A stretch of DNA of 64,000 bases from Bugula neritina (GCA_964035545.1 CAXIUT010000230.1:1-64000), one strand, 5' to 3'. Counted from the first letter of the stretch, positions 1-13,460 are shown. The notes: a model not told the origin generated them from the sequence alone. Numbers and translations are program-made.

Positions 1-689
1 GGCACTTTCTAGCACATTTGGGCACTTTTCAGCACATTTAGGCACTTTTAGCACATTTAGGTACTTTTAGGCACTGCTTAGCAAATTTAGGCACTTTTTG
101 GCACATTTAGGCACATTTGGGTACTTTTTAGCACATTTGGGCACTTTTAGCACATTTAGGTACTTTTTAGCACATTCAGGCACTTTTTAGCACATTTAGG
201 CACTCTTTAGCACAATTAGGCAGTTTCAGCACATTTAGGCACATTAAGGCACTCTTTAGCACATTTAGGCACTTTTAGCACATTTAGGAACTTTTAGGCA
301 CCTTTTCGCACTTTCCAGCACATTTCAGCACTTTTTAGTACATTTAGGCACTTTTTAGCACATTTAGGCACTTTTAGCACGTTTAGGCACATTTAGGCAT
401 TTTTAGCACATTTGGGTGCGTTTCAGCACATTCAGGCACTTTTAGCACATTTAGGCACATTTAGGCACTTTTTAGCACATTTAAGCACTTTTATCACATT
501 TGGGCACTTTTCAGCACATTTAGGCACTTTTAGCACATTTAAGCACATTTAGGCACTGTTTTTAGCTAATTTAGGCACTTTTAGGCACTTTTAGGCACTT
601 TCAAGCACCATTGGCACTTTTAGCACATTTAGGCACTTTTAGCTAATTTAGGCACATTTAGGCAGTTTGTAGCACATTGGGCACTTTTC

Positions 690-2870
690 AGCACATTTAG
701 CCACTTTTAGCACATTTACGCCACATTTAGGCACTTTTTAGCACATTTGGGCACTTTTAGCACATTTAGGCACATTAGGCATTTTTTAGCACATTTAGGC
801 GTGCGTTTCAGCACATTCACGCAATTTAGCACATTTAGGCACATTTAGGCACTTTTTAGCACATTTAAGCACTTTTATCACATTTAGACACTTTCCAGCA
901 CATCGGGCCACTTTTCAGCACATTTAGGCGCTTTTAGCACATTTAGGCACATTTGGGCCTTTTTTAGCACATTTAGGCACTTTTTCAGCACATTTGGGCA
1001 TTTTTCAGCACATTTGGGCACATTTAGGCACTGTTTAGCACATTTACGCACTTTAGGCGCTTTCTAGCACATTTGGGCACTTTTAGCACATTTAGGCACT
1101 TTCTAGCACGTTTGGGCACTTTTCAGCACATTTAGGCACTTTTAGCCCATTTAGGCACTTTTAAGGCACTGCTTAGCACATTTAGGCACTTTTTTGCACA
1201 TTTAGGCACATTTGGGTACTTTTTAGCACATTCAGGCACTTTTTAGCACATTTAGGCACTTTTTAGCACAATTAGGCACTTTCAGCACATTTAGGCACAT
1301 TAAGGCACTCTTTAGCACATTTAGGCACTTTTAGCACATTAGGAACTTTTAGGCACCTTTTCCGCACTTTCCAGCTCATTTCAGCACTTTTAGTACATGT
1401 TAGGCACTTTTTAGCACATTTAGGCACTTTTAGCACATTTAGGCACATTTAGGCACTTTTTAGCACATTTAAGCACTTTTATCACGTTTGGCACCTTTCA
1501 GCACATTTAGCCACTTTAGCACATTTAGGCACTTTAGGCACATTTAGGCACTTTTTAGCACATTTGGGCACTTTTAGCACATTTAGGCACATTTAGGCAT
1601 TTTTTAGCACATTTGGGTGCGTTTCAGCACATTCAGGCACTTTTAGCACATTTAGGCACATTTAGGCACTTTTTAGCACATTTAAGCACTTTATCACATT
1701 TAGACACTTTCCAGCACATCGGGGCACTTTTCAGCCACATTTAGGCGCTTTAGCACATTTAGGCACATTTGGGCATTTTTTAGCACATTTAGGCACTTTT
1801 CAGTACATTTGGGCATTTTTCAGCACATTTGGGCACATTTAGGCACTGTTTAGCACATTTACGCACTTTTAGGCGCTTTCCAGCACATTGGGCACTTTTA
1901 GCACATTTAGGCACTTTCTAGCACGTTTGGGCACTTTTCAGCACATTTAGGCACTTTTAGCCCATTTAGGCACTTTTAGGCACTGCTTAGCACATTTAGG
2001 CACTTTTTTGCACATTTAGGCACATTTGGGTACTTTTTAGCACATTCAGGCACTTTTTAGCACATTTAGGCACTTTTTAGCACAATTAGGCACTTCAGCA
2101 CATTTAGGCCATTAAGGCAACTCTTTAGCACATTTAGGCACTTTTAGCACATTAGGAACTTTTAGGGCGACCTTTTCGCACTTTCAGCTCATTTCAGCAC
2201 TTTTAGTACATTTAGGCACTTTTTTAGCACATTAGCACTTTTAGCACATTTAGGCACATTTAGGCACTTTTTAGCACATTTAAGCACTTTTATCACGTTT
2301 GGGCACCTTTCAGCACATTTAGCCACTTTTAGCACATTTAGGCACATTTAGGCACATTTAGGCACTTTTAGCACATTTGGGCACTTTTAGCACATTTAGG
2401 CACATTTAGCATTTTTTAGCACATTTTGGGTGCGTTTCAGCACATTCAGGCACTTTTAGCACATTTAGGCACATTTAGGCACTTTTTAGCACATTTAAGC
2501 ACTTTTATCACATTTAGACACTTTCCAGCACATCGGGGCACTTTTCAGCACATTTAGGCGCTTTTAGCACATTTAGGCACATTTGGGCATTTTTTTAGCA
2601 CATTTAGGCACTTTTCAGTACATTTGGGCATTTTTCAGCACATTTGGGCACATTTAGGCACTGTTTAGCACATTTACGCACTTTTAGGCGCTTTCCAGCA
2701 CATTTGGGCACTTTTAGCACATTTAGGCACTTCTAGCACGTTTGGGCACTTTTCAGCACATTTAGGCACTTTTAGCCCCATTAGGCACTTTTAGGCACTG
2801 CTTAGCGCATTTAGGCACTTTTTTGCACATTTAGGCACATTTGGGTACTTTTAGCACATTTGGGCACTTT
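690..2870. repeat. ~815-bp higher-order repeat within satellite A (about 2.5-2.7 copies; ends approximate)
   Basis: Rare variants recur at 813-816-bp spacing: CATCGG at 901/1717/2531, CATTTACGCA at 1041/1856/2671, TAGCCC at 1143/1958/2773, GGAACT at 1342/2155. Confidence 0.9.
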
Positions 2871-3156
2871 TTAGCACATTTGGGCACTTTTAGCATATTA
2901 GGCACTTTTTAGCACATGTAGGCACTTTTAGCACATTAAGGCACATTTAGACACTTTCCAGCACATTTGGGCACTTTCAGCACATTTAGGCGCTTTGAGC
3001 ACATTTAGGCACATTTGGGCATTTTTCAGCACATTTTAGGCACTTTTCAGCACATTTGGGCAATTTTCAGCACATTTGGGCACATTTAGGCACTGTTTAG
3101 CACATTTAGGCACTTTTAGGCGCTTTCCAGCACATTTGGCATTTTTAGCACATTTA

Positions 3157-3860
3157 GGCATTTCTAGCACATTTGGGCACTTTTCAGCACATTTAGGCAC
3201 TTTTAGCACATTTAGGTACTTTTAGGCACTGCTTTGCACATTTAGGCACTTTTTGGCACATTTAGGCACATTTGGGTACTTTTTAGCACATTTGGGCACT
3301 TTTAGCACATTTAGGTACTTTTTAGCACATTCAGGAACCTTTTAGCACATTTAGGCACTTTTATAGCACAATTAGGCAATTTCAGCACATTTAGGCACAT
3401 TAAGGCACTCTTAAGCACATTTAGGCACTTTTAGCATATTTAGGAACTTTAGGCACCTTTTCGCACTTTCCAGCACATTTCAGCACTTTTTAGTACATTT
3501 AGGCACTTTTTAGCACATTTAGGCACTTTTAGCATATTTAGGCACATTTAGGCAATTTTTAGCACATTTGGGTACGTTTCAGCACATTCAGGCACTTTTA
3601 GCACATTTAGGCACATTTAGGCATTTTTTAGCACATTAAGCACTTTTATCACATTGGGCACTTTTCAGCACATTTAGGCACTTTTAGCACATTTAGGCAC
3701 ATTTAGGCACTGTTTTTAGCTAATTTAGGCACTTTTAGGCACTTTCAAGCACCATTGGCAACTTTAGCACATTTAGGCACTTTTAGCTAATTTAGGCACA
3801 GTTAGGCATTTTGTAGCACATTTGGGCACTTTCAGCACATTTAGCCACTTTTAGCACATT
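3157..3860. repeat. Second copy of satellite A segment ~1-700 (offset ~3.15 kb)
   Basis: Same order of variants: GGAACTTT at 287/3443, TCAAGCACCATTGGC at 601/3745, and CTGTTTTTAGCTAATT in both segments. Confidence 0.85.
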
Positions 3861-3889
3861 TAGGCACTTTTTAGCACATTTGGGCACTT

Positions 3890-4590
3890 TTCAGCACATT
3901 TAGGCGCTTTCTAGCACATTTAGGCACTTTTAGCACATTTAGGCACTTTTAGCACAATTAGCACATTTGGGCACTTTTTAGCACATTTGGGCACTTTTTA
4001 GCACATTTAGGCACTTTTTAGCACATTTAGGCACTTTTAGCACATTTAGGCACATTTAGACACTTTTTAGCACATTTAGGGACTTTTAGCACAATTAGGC
4101 ACTTTAGGCACTTTCAAGCACATTTGGGCACTTTTAGCACATTTAGGCACTTTTAGCTAATTTAGGCACATTTAGGCATTTTGTAGCACATTTGGGCACT
4201 TTTCAGCACATTTAGGCACATTTAGGCACTTTTCAGTACATTTAGGCGCTTTCTAGCACATTTAGGCACTTTTTAGCACATTTAGGCACTTTTAGCACAA
4301 TTAGGCACACTTGTGCACTTTTTAGCACATTTGGGCACTTTTTAGCACATTTAGGCACTTTTTAGCACATTTAGGCACTTTTAGCACATTTAGGCACATT
4401 TAGACACTTTTTAGCACATTTAGGGACTTTTAAGCACAATTAGGCACTTTTAGGCACTTTCAAGCACATTTGGGCACTTTTAGCACATTTAGGCACTTCT
4501 AGCTAATTTAGGCACATTTAGGCATTTTGTAGCACATTTGGCACTTTTCAGCACATTTAGGCACTTTTTAGCACATTTAGGCACTTTTAG
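3890..4590. repeat. ~345-bp tandem duplication in satellite A (ends approximate)
   Basis: GGGACTTTT at 4079 and 4423, each preceded by TAGACAC and followed by TTCAAGCAC, GCTAATT and TTTTGTAGC in the same order. Confidence 0.8.
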
Positions 4591-4972
4591 CACGTTTAGG
4601 CACTTTTAGGCACTTTTTAGCACATTTGGGTACGTTTCAGCACATCTAGGCACTTTTAGCACATTTAGGCACATTTAGGCACTGTTTAGCACATTTAGGC
4701 ACTTTAGCACTTTCCAGCACATTTGGGCACTTTTAGCACATTTAGGCACTTTCTAGCACATTGGGCACTTTTCAGCACAATTAAGCACTTTTAGCACATT
4801 TAGGCACTTTTAGCACTGTTGAGCACATTTAAGTACTTTTTAGCACATTTCGGCACTTTTTAGCACATTTAGGCACTTTTTAGCGGAATTCGGCACTTTC
4901 AGCACATTTAAGCACTTTTAGCCACTGTTAAGCACATTTAGGTACTTTTTAGCACATTTCGGCACTTTTTAG

Positions 4973-4978
4973 CACTGT
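4973..4978. other. Satellite A / satellite B junction (CACTGT, compatible with both repeats)
   Basis: Sequence ...ggcactttttag CACTGT aaaatactacaacatattg...; GCACTGT is a recurrent satellite A variant (e.g. ~4813) and CACTGTAA is a standard satellite B monomer boundary. Confidence 0.85.
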
Positions 4979-7195
4979 AAAATACTACAACATATTGAAA
5001 TACACTGCAACATACTGAAATACACTGTAACATATTGAAATATACTGCAACATACTGCAACATACTGAAATACATTGCAACACACTGAAATACACTGCAA
5101 AACACTGTAACACACTGAAATATACTGCAACACACTGCAACATACTGCAACATACTAAAATATACTGCAACATACTGAAATACAGTGCAAAATACTGAAA
5201 TACACTGTAACATACTGAAATATACTGCAACATACTGAAATACACTGCTACATACTGAAATATACTGCAACACACAGCAACATACTGCAACATACTAAAA
5301 TACACTGTAACATATTGGAATACACTGCAACGCATTGAAATATACTGCAAAATACTGAAATACACTGCTACATACTGAAATATACTGCAACACACTGCAA
5401 CATACTGCAACATACTAAAATATACTGCAACATACTGAAATATACTGCAAAATACTGAAACACACTGCTACATACTGAAATATACTGCAACACACTGCGA
5501 CATACTGCAACATACTAAAATACACTGTAACATATTGAAATACACTGCAACACATTGAAATATACTGCAATGTACCGAAATATATGGTAAACTACTGAAA
5601 TATACTGTCACACATTGAAAAATACTGCAACATACTGAAATATACTGCGACACATTGCAATATACTGTAACATACTGACATATGCTGTAGCACACTGAAA
5701 TACACTGCAACTCACTGAAATATACTGCAACATACTGAAATACACTTCAACACATTGAAATATACTGCAACATACTGAAATACAGTGCTACATACTGAAA
5801 TATACTGCAACATACTGCAACATAGTGAAATACACTGTAACATACTGAAATACACTCCAACATACTACAACATATTGAAATACACTGCAACACATTGAAA
5901 TATACTGTAACTTACCTAAATATACGGTAATATACCAAAATATACTGTAACACATTTAAAAAAACTGCAACATACTGAAATACACTGCAACACACTGAAA
6001 TACACTGCAAAATACTGTAACATACTGAAATATACTGCAATACACTGCAACATACCGCAACATACTAAAATATACTGCAACATACTGAAATACACTGCAA
6101 AATACTGAAATACACTTTAACATACTGAAATATACTGCAACATACTCAAATACACTGCTACATACTGAAATATACTGCAACACACTGCAACATACTGCAA
6201 CATACTAAAATACACTGTAACATATTGAAATACACTGCAACACATTGAAATATACTGCAAAATACTTAAATACACTGCTACATATTGAAATATACTGCGA
6301 CACACTGCAACATACTGCAACATACTAAAATATACTGCAACATACTGAAATACACTGCTAAATACTGAAATACACTGTAACATACTGAAACACACTGCAA
6401 AATACTACAACATATTGAAATACACTGCAACATACCTAAATATACGGTAATATACTGAAATATACTGTAACACATTGAAAAATACTACAAAATACTGAAA
6501 TACACTGCAACATACTACAACATACTGAAATACGCTGTAATACATTGAAATACACTGCAACACATTGAAATATACTGTAACTCGCTGAAACATACTGTAA
6601 CTCACTGAAATATAGTGTAATATACGGAAATGTACTGTAAAATACTGGAATATACTGTAACACACAGAAATATACTGCAACATACTGAAATACACTGTAA
6701 CATACTGAATTATACTGCAACATCCTGCAACATACTGAAATACACTGTAACATACTGAAATACACTGCAACACACTGCAACATACTGCAACATACTAAAA
6801 TATACTGCAACATACTGAAATACACTGCAAAATACTGAAATACACCGTAACACACGGAAATATACTGCAACATACTGCAACATACTAAAATATGCTGCAA
6901 CATACTGAAACACACTGCAAAATACTGAAATACACTATAACATACCGAAATATACTGCAACACACTGCAACATACCGCAACATGCTAAAATATACTGCAA
7001 CATACTGAAATACACTGCAAAATACTGAAATACACTGTAACATACTGAAATATACTGCAACATACTGAAATATACTGCAACATACTGAAATACACTGCTA
7101 CATACTGAAATATACTGCAACACACTGCAACATACTGCAACATACTAAAATACACTGCAACATAATGAAATACACTGCAACACATTGAAATATAC

Positions 7196-7203
7196 TGCAT
7201 GCA
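7196..7203. other. 4-bp TGCA duplication (TGCATGCA) that shifts the 10-bp register; first of 9 copies (also 34549, 37053, 45167, 46941, 49405, 55579, 58083, 61727)
   Basis: Monomer phase moves by +4 at each site. Each lies in the same context: YAACATAATG AAMTACACTG CAACACATTG AAATATAC TGCATGCA AA. Confidence 0.93.
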
Positions 7204-9310
7204 AAATTCTGAAATACACTGCTGCATACTGAAATATACTGCAACACACTGCAACATACTGCAACATACTAAAATATACTGCAACATACTGAAATACACT
7301 TCAAAATACTGAAATACACTGTAACATACTGAAATATACTGCAACACACTGCAACATACTGCAACATACTAAAATACACTGTAACATATTGAAATACACT
7401 GCAACACAGTGAAATACATGCAATGTACCGAAATATATGGTGAACTGCTGAAATATACTGTCACACATTGAAAAATACTGCAACATACTGAAATATACTG
7501 CGTCGCATTGCAATATACTGTAACATACTGAAATACGCTGTAGCACACTGAAATACACTGCAACTCACTGAAATATACTGCAACATACTGAAATACACTG
7601 TAACATATTGAAAAATACTGCAGCATAGTGCAACATACTGAAATACACTGTAACATACTGAAATACACTGCAAAATACTACAACATATTGAAATACACTG
7701 CAACACATTGAAAAATACTGCAACATACTGAAAGATACTGCAAGATACTGCAACATACTGAACTACACTGTAACATAATGAAACACACTGCAACATACTG
7801 TATTATACTGCAACATACTGAAATACACTGCTACATACTGAAATATACTGCAATACACTGCAACATACTGCAACATACTAAAATATACTGCAACATACTG
7901 AAATACACTGCAAAATACTGAAATACACTTCAACATACTGAAATATACTGCAACATACTGAAATACACTGCTACATACTGAAATATACTGCAACACACTG
8001 CAACATACTGCAACATACTAAAATACACTGTAACATATTGAAATACACTGCAACACATTGAAATATACTGCAAAATACTGAAATACACTGCTACATACTG
8101 AAATATACTGCGACACACTGCAACATACTGCAACATACTAAAATATACTGCAACATACTGAAATACACTGCAAAATACTGAAATACACTGTAACATACTG
8201 AAATATACTGCAACATACTGAAATACACTGCTACATACTGAAATATACTGCAACATACTGCAACATACTAAAATAGACTGTAACATATTGAAATACACTG
8301 CAACACATTGAAATATACTGCAAAATACTGAAATACACTGCTACATACTGAAACATACTGCGACACACTGCAACATACTGCAACATACTACAATATACTG
8401 CAACATACTGAAATACACTGCAGAATATTGAAATACACTGTAACATACTAAAATATACTGCAAAATACTGAAATACACTGCTACATACTGAAATATACCG
8501 CAACACACTGCGACATACTGCAACATACTTAAATACACTGTAACATATTGAAATACACTGCAACACATTGAAATATACTGCAATGTACCGAAATATATGG
8601 TAAACTACTGAAATATACTGTCATACATTGAAAAATACTGCAACATACTGAAATATACTGCGACACATTGCAATATACTGTAACATACTGAAATATGCTG
8701 TAGCACACTGAAATACACTGCAACTCACTGAAATATACTGCAACATACTGAAATACACTGTAACATATTGAAATATACTGCAACATACTGAAATACAGTG
8801 CTACATACTGAAATATACTGCAACAAACTGCAATATACTGAAATACACTGTAACATACTGAAATAAACTGCAACATACTACAACATATTAAAAGACACTG
8901 CAACACATTGAAATATACTGCAACATACCTAAATATACGGTAATATACCAAAATATACTGTAATACATTGAAATACACTGCAACACATTGAAATATACTG
9001 TAACTCGCTGAAACATACTGTAACTCATTGAAATATAGTGTAATATACGGAAATGTACTGTAAAATACTGGAATATACTGTAACACACTGAAATATACTG
9101 CAACATACTGAAATACACTGTAACATACTGAATTATACTGCAACATCCTGCAACATACTGATATACACTGTAACATACTGAAATACACTGCAACACACTG
9201 CAACATACTGCAACATACCAAAACATACTGCAACATACTGAAATACACGGCAAAATACTGAAATACACTGCAAAATACTACAACATATTGAAATACACTG
9301 CAACACATTG

Positions 9311-12280
9311 AAATATACTGCAACATACCTAAATATACGGTAAGATACTGAAATAAACTGTAACACATTGAAAAATACTGCAACATACTGAAAGATACTG
9401 CAAGATACTGCAACATACTGAACTACACTGTAACATAATGAAACACACTGCAACATACTGTATTATACTGACATACACTGGAACATATTGAAATACACTG
9501 CAACAAATTGAAGTATACTGCAACACACTGAAACACACTGAAATACACCGCAAAACACTACAACATACTGAAACATATTGCAACATACTGAAATACACTA
9601 CTACATACTGAAATATACTGCAACATACTGCACCATGCTGAAATACACTGTAACATACTAAAATACACTGCAACATACTACAACATATTGAAATACACTG
9701 CAACACATTGAAATATACTGCAACATACCTAAATATACGGTAATATACTGAAATATACTGTAAAACATTGAAAAACACTGCAACATACTGAAATACACTG
9801 CAACACACTGAAATATACTGCAATGTACCGAAATATATGGTAAACTACTGAAATATACTGACACACATCGCAATATACTGTAACATACTGAAATATGCTG
9901 TAGCACACTGAAATACACTGCAACTCACTGAGATATACTGCAACATACTGAAATACACTGTAACATATTGAAATATACTGCAACATACTGCAACATACTG
10001 AAATACATTGCAACACACTGAAATACACTGCAAAACACTGTAACACACTGAAATATACTGCAACACACTGCAACATACTGCAACATACTAAAATATACTG
10101 CAACATACTGAAATACAGTGCAAAATACTGAAATACACTGTAACATACTGAAATATACTGCAACATACTGAAATACACTGCTACATACTGAAATATACTG
10201 CAACACACAGCAACATACTGCAACATACTAAAATACACTGTAACATATTGGAATACACTGCAACGCATTGAAATATACTGCAAAATACTGAAATACACTG
10301 CTACATACTGAAATATACTGCAACACACTGCAACATACTGCAACATACTAAAATATACTGCAACATACTGAAATATACTGCAAAACACTGAAATACACTG
10401 CTACATACTGAAATATACTGCAACACACTGCGACATACTGCAACATACTAAAATATACTGCAACATACTGAAATACACTGCAAAATACTGAAATACACTT
10501 TAACATACTGAAATATACTGCAACATACTGAAATACACTGCTACATACTGAAATATACTGCAACACACTGCAACATACTGCAACATACTAAAATACACTG
10601 TAACATATTGAAATACACTGCAACACATTGAAATATACTGCAAAATACCGAAATACACTGCTACATACTGAAATATACTGCGACACACTGCAACATACTG
10701 CAACATACTAAAATATACTGCAACATACTGAAATACACTGCAAAATACTGAAATACACTGTAACATACTGAAATATACTGCAACATACTGAAATACATTG
10801 CTACATACTGAAATATACTGCAACATACCTAAATATACGGTAAGATACTGAAATAAACTGTAACACATTGAAAAATACTGCAACATACTGAAAGATACTG
10901 CAAGATACTGCAACATACTGAACTACACTGTAACATAATGAAACACACTGCAACATACTGTATTATACTGACATACACTGGAACATATTGAAATACACTG
11001 CAACAAATTGAAGTATACTGCAACACACTGAAACACACTGAAATACACCGCAAAACACTACAACATACTGAAACATATTGCAACATACTGAAATACACTA
11101 CTACATACTGAAATATACTGCAACATACTGCACCATGCTGAAATACACTGTAACATACTAAAATACACTGCAACATACTACAACATATTGAAATACACTG
11201 CAACACATTGAAATATACTGCAACATACCTAAATATACGGTAATATACTGAAATATACTGTAAAACATTGAAAAACACTGCAACATACTGAAATACACTG
11301 CAACACACTGAAATATACTGCAATGTACCGAAATATATGGTAAACTACTGAAATATACTGACACACATCGCAATATACTGTAACATACTGAAATATGCTG
11401 TAGCACACTGAAATACACTGCAACTCACTGAGATATACTGCAACATACTGAAATACACTGTAACATATTGAAATATACTGCAACATACTGCAACATACTG
11501 AAATACATTGCAACACACTGAAATACACTGCAAAACACTGCAACATACTGCAACATACTAAAATATACTGCAACATACTGAAATACAGTGCAAAATACTG
11601 AAATACACTGTAACATACTGAAATATACTGCAACATACTGAAATACACTGCTACATACTGAAATATACTGCAACACACAGCAACATACTGCAACATACTA
11701 AAATACACTGTAACATATTGGAATACACTGCAACGCATTGAAATATACTGCAAAATACTGAAATACACTGCTACATACTGAAATATACTGCAACACACTG
11801 CAACATACTGCAACATACTAAAATATACTGCAACATACTGAAATATACTGCAAAATACTGAAATACACTGCTACATACTGAAATATACTGCAACACACTG
11901 CGACATACTGCAACATACTAAAATATACTGCAACATACTGAAATACACTGCAAAATACTGAAATACACTTTAACATACTGAAATATACTGCAACATACTG
12001 AAATACACTGCTACATACTGAAATATACTGCAACACACTGCAACATACTGCAACATACTAAAATACACTGTAACATATTGAAATACACTGCAACACATTG
12101 AAATATACTGCAAAATACTGAAATACACTGCTACATACTGAAATATACTGCGACACACTGCAACATACTGCAACATACTAAAATATACTGCAACATACTG
12201 AAATACACTGCAAAATACTGAAATACACTGTAACATACTGAAATATACTGCAACATACTGAAATACATTGCTACATACTG
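9311..12280. repeat. Tandem duplication, 1500-bp unit (9311-10810; 10811-12280 with a 30-bp deletion)
   Basis: Identical pseudo-ORFs at 9329/10829 and 9658/11158; markers CACCATGCTG 9631/11131 and ACACACATCG 9861/11361; offset falls to 1470 after ~11540 (CAACGCATTG 10261/11731). Confidence 0.9.
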
Positions 12281-13460
12281 AAATATACTGCAACACACTG
12301 CAACATACTGCAACATACTAAAATATACTGCAACATACTGAAATATACTGCAACATACTAAAATACACTGTAACATATTGAAATACACTGCAACACATTG
12401 AAATATACTGCAATGTACCGAAATATATGGTAAACTACTGAAATATACTGTCACACATTGAAAAATACTGCAACATACTGAAATATACTGCGACACATTG
12501 CAATATACTGTAACATACTGAAATATGCTGTAGCACACTGAAATACACTGCAACTCACTGAAATATACTGCAGCATACTGAAATACACTTCAACACATTG
12601 AAATATACTGCAACATACTGAAATACAGTGCTACATACTGAAATATACTGCAACATACTGCAACATAGTGAAATACACTGTAACATACTGAAATACGCTG
12701 CAACATACTACAACATATTGAAATACACTGCAACACATTGAAATATACTGTAACATACCTAAATATACGGTAATATACCAAAATATACTGTAACACATTT
12801 AAAAAATCTGCAACATACTGAAATACACTGCAACACACTGAAATACACTGGAACATATTGAAATACACTGCAACAAATTGAAGTATACTGCAACACACTG
12901 AAACACACTGAAATACACCGCAAAACACTACAACATACTGAAACATATTGCAACATACTGAAATACACTACTACATACTGAAATATACTGCAACATACTG
13001 CACCATACTGAAATACACTGTAACATACTAAAATACACTGCAACATACTACAACATATTGAAAAACACTGCAACATACTGAAATACACTGCAACACACTA
13101 AAATACACCGCCAAATACTACAACATACTGAAATGCACTGTAACATATTGAAATACACTGCAACACATTGAAATATACTGTAACATACCTAAATATACGG
13201 TAATATACCAAAATATACTGTAACACATTTAAAAATACTGCAACATACTGAAATACACTGCAACACACTGAAATACACTGCAAAATACTGTAACACACTG
13301 AAATATACTGCAATACACTGCAACATACTGCAACATACTAAAATATACTGCAACATACTGAAATACACTGCAAAATACTGAAATACACTTTAACATACTG
13401 AAATATACTGCAACATACTGAAATACACTGCTACATACTGAAATATACTGCAACATACTG

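Larger units (their letters stand above)
1..4975. repeat. Satellite A: ~19-21-bp unit GGCACTTTT(T)AGCACATTTA made of two related ~10-bp subunits (GCACATTTAG / GCACTTTTTA); starts before or at the window edge
   Basis: Seen directly: GCAC recurs about every 9-11 bp, followed by ATTT or a T-run and TAG/AGG/GGG, continuously from base 1 to ...ggcactttttagcac at 4975. Confidence 0.97.

Noticed and set aside
4886-4896. GAATTCGGCAC, resembling the start of the EcoRI cDNA adaptor GAATTCGGCACGAG
   Set aside because: The match stops before GAG, and TTCGGCAC is a local satellite A variant (also ~4849 and ~4958), so a few substitutions explain it.
1-4975. True telomeric tract
   Set aside because: No tandem (TTAGGC)n, (TTAGG)n or (TTTAGGG)n run, and the strand is wrong for a left-end telomere. 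Kept only as a low-interest resemblance.
8691-8710. Small dyads such as TGCTGTAGCA and CAGTG/CACTG as hairpins, terminators or transposon ends
   Set aside because: The arms are only 4-5 bp, expected by chance from single substitutions in the monomer, and no element body lies between them.
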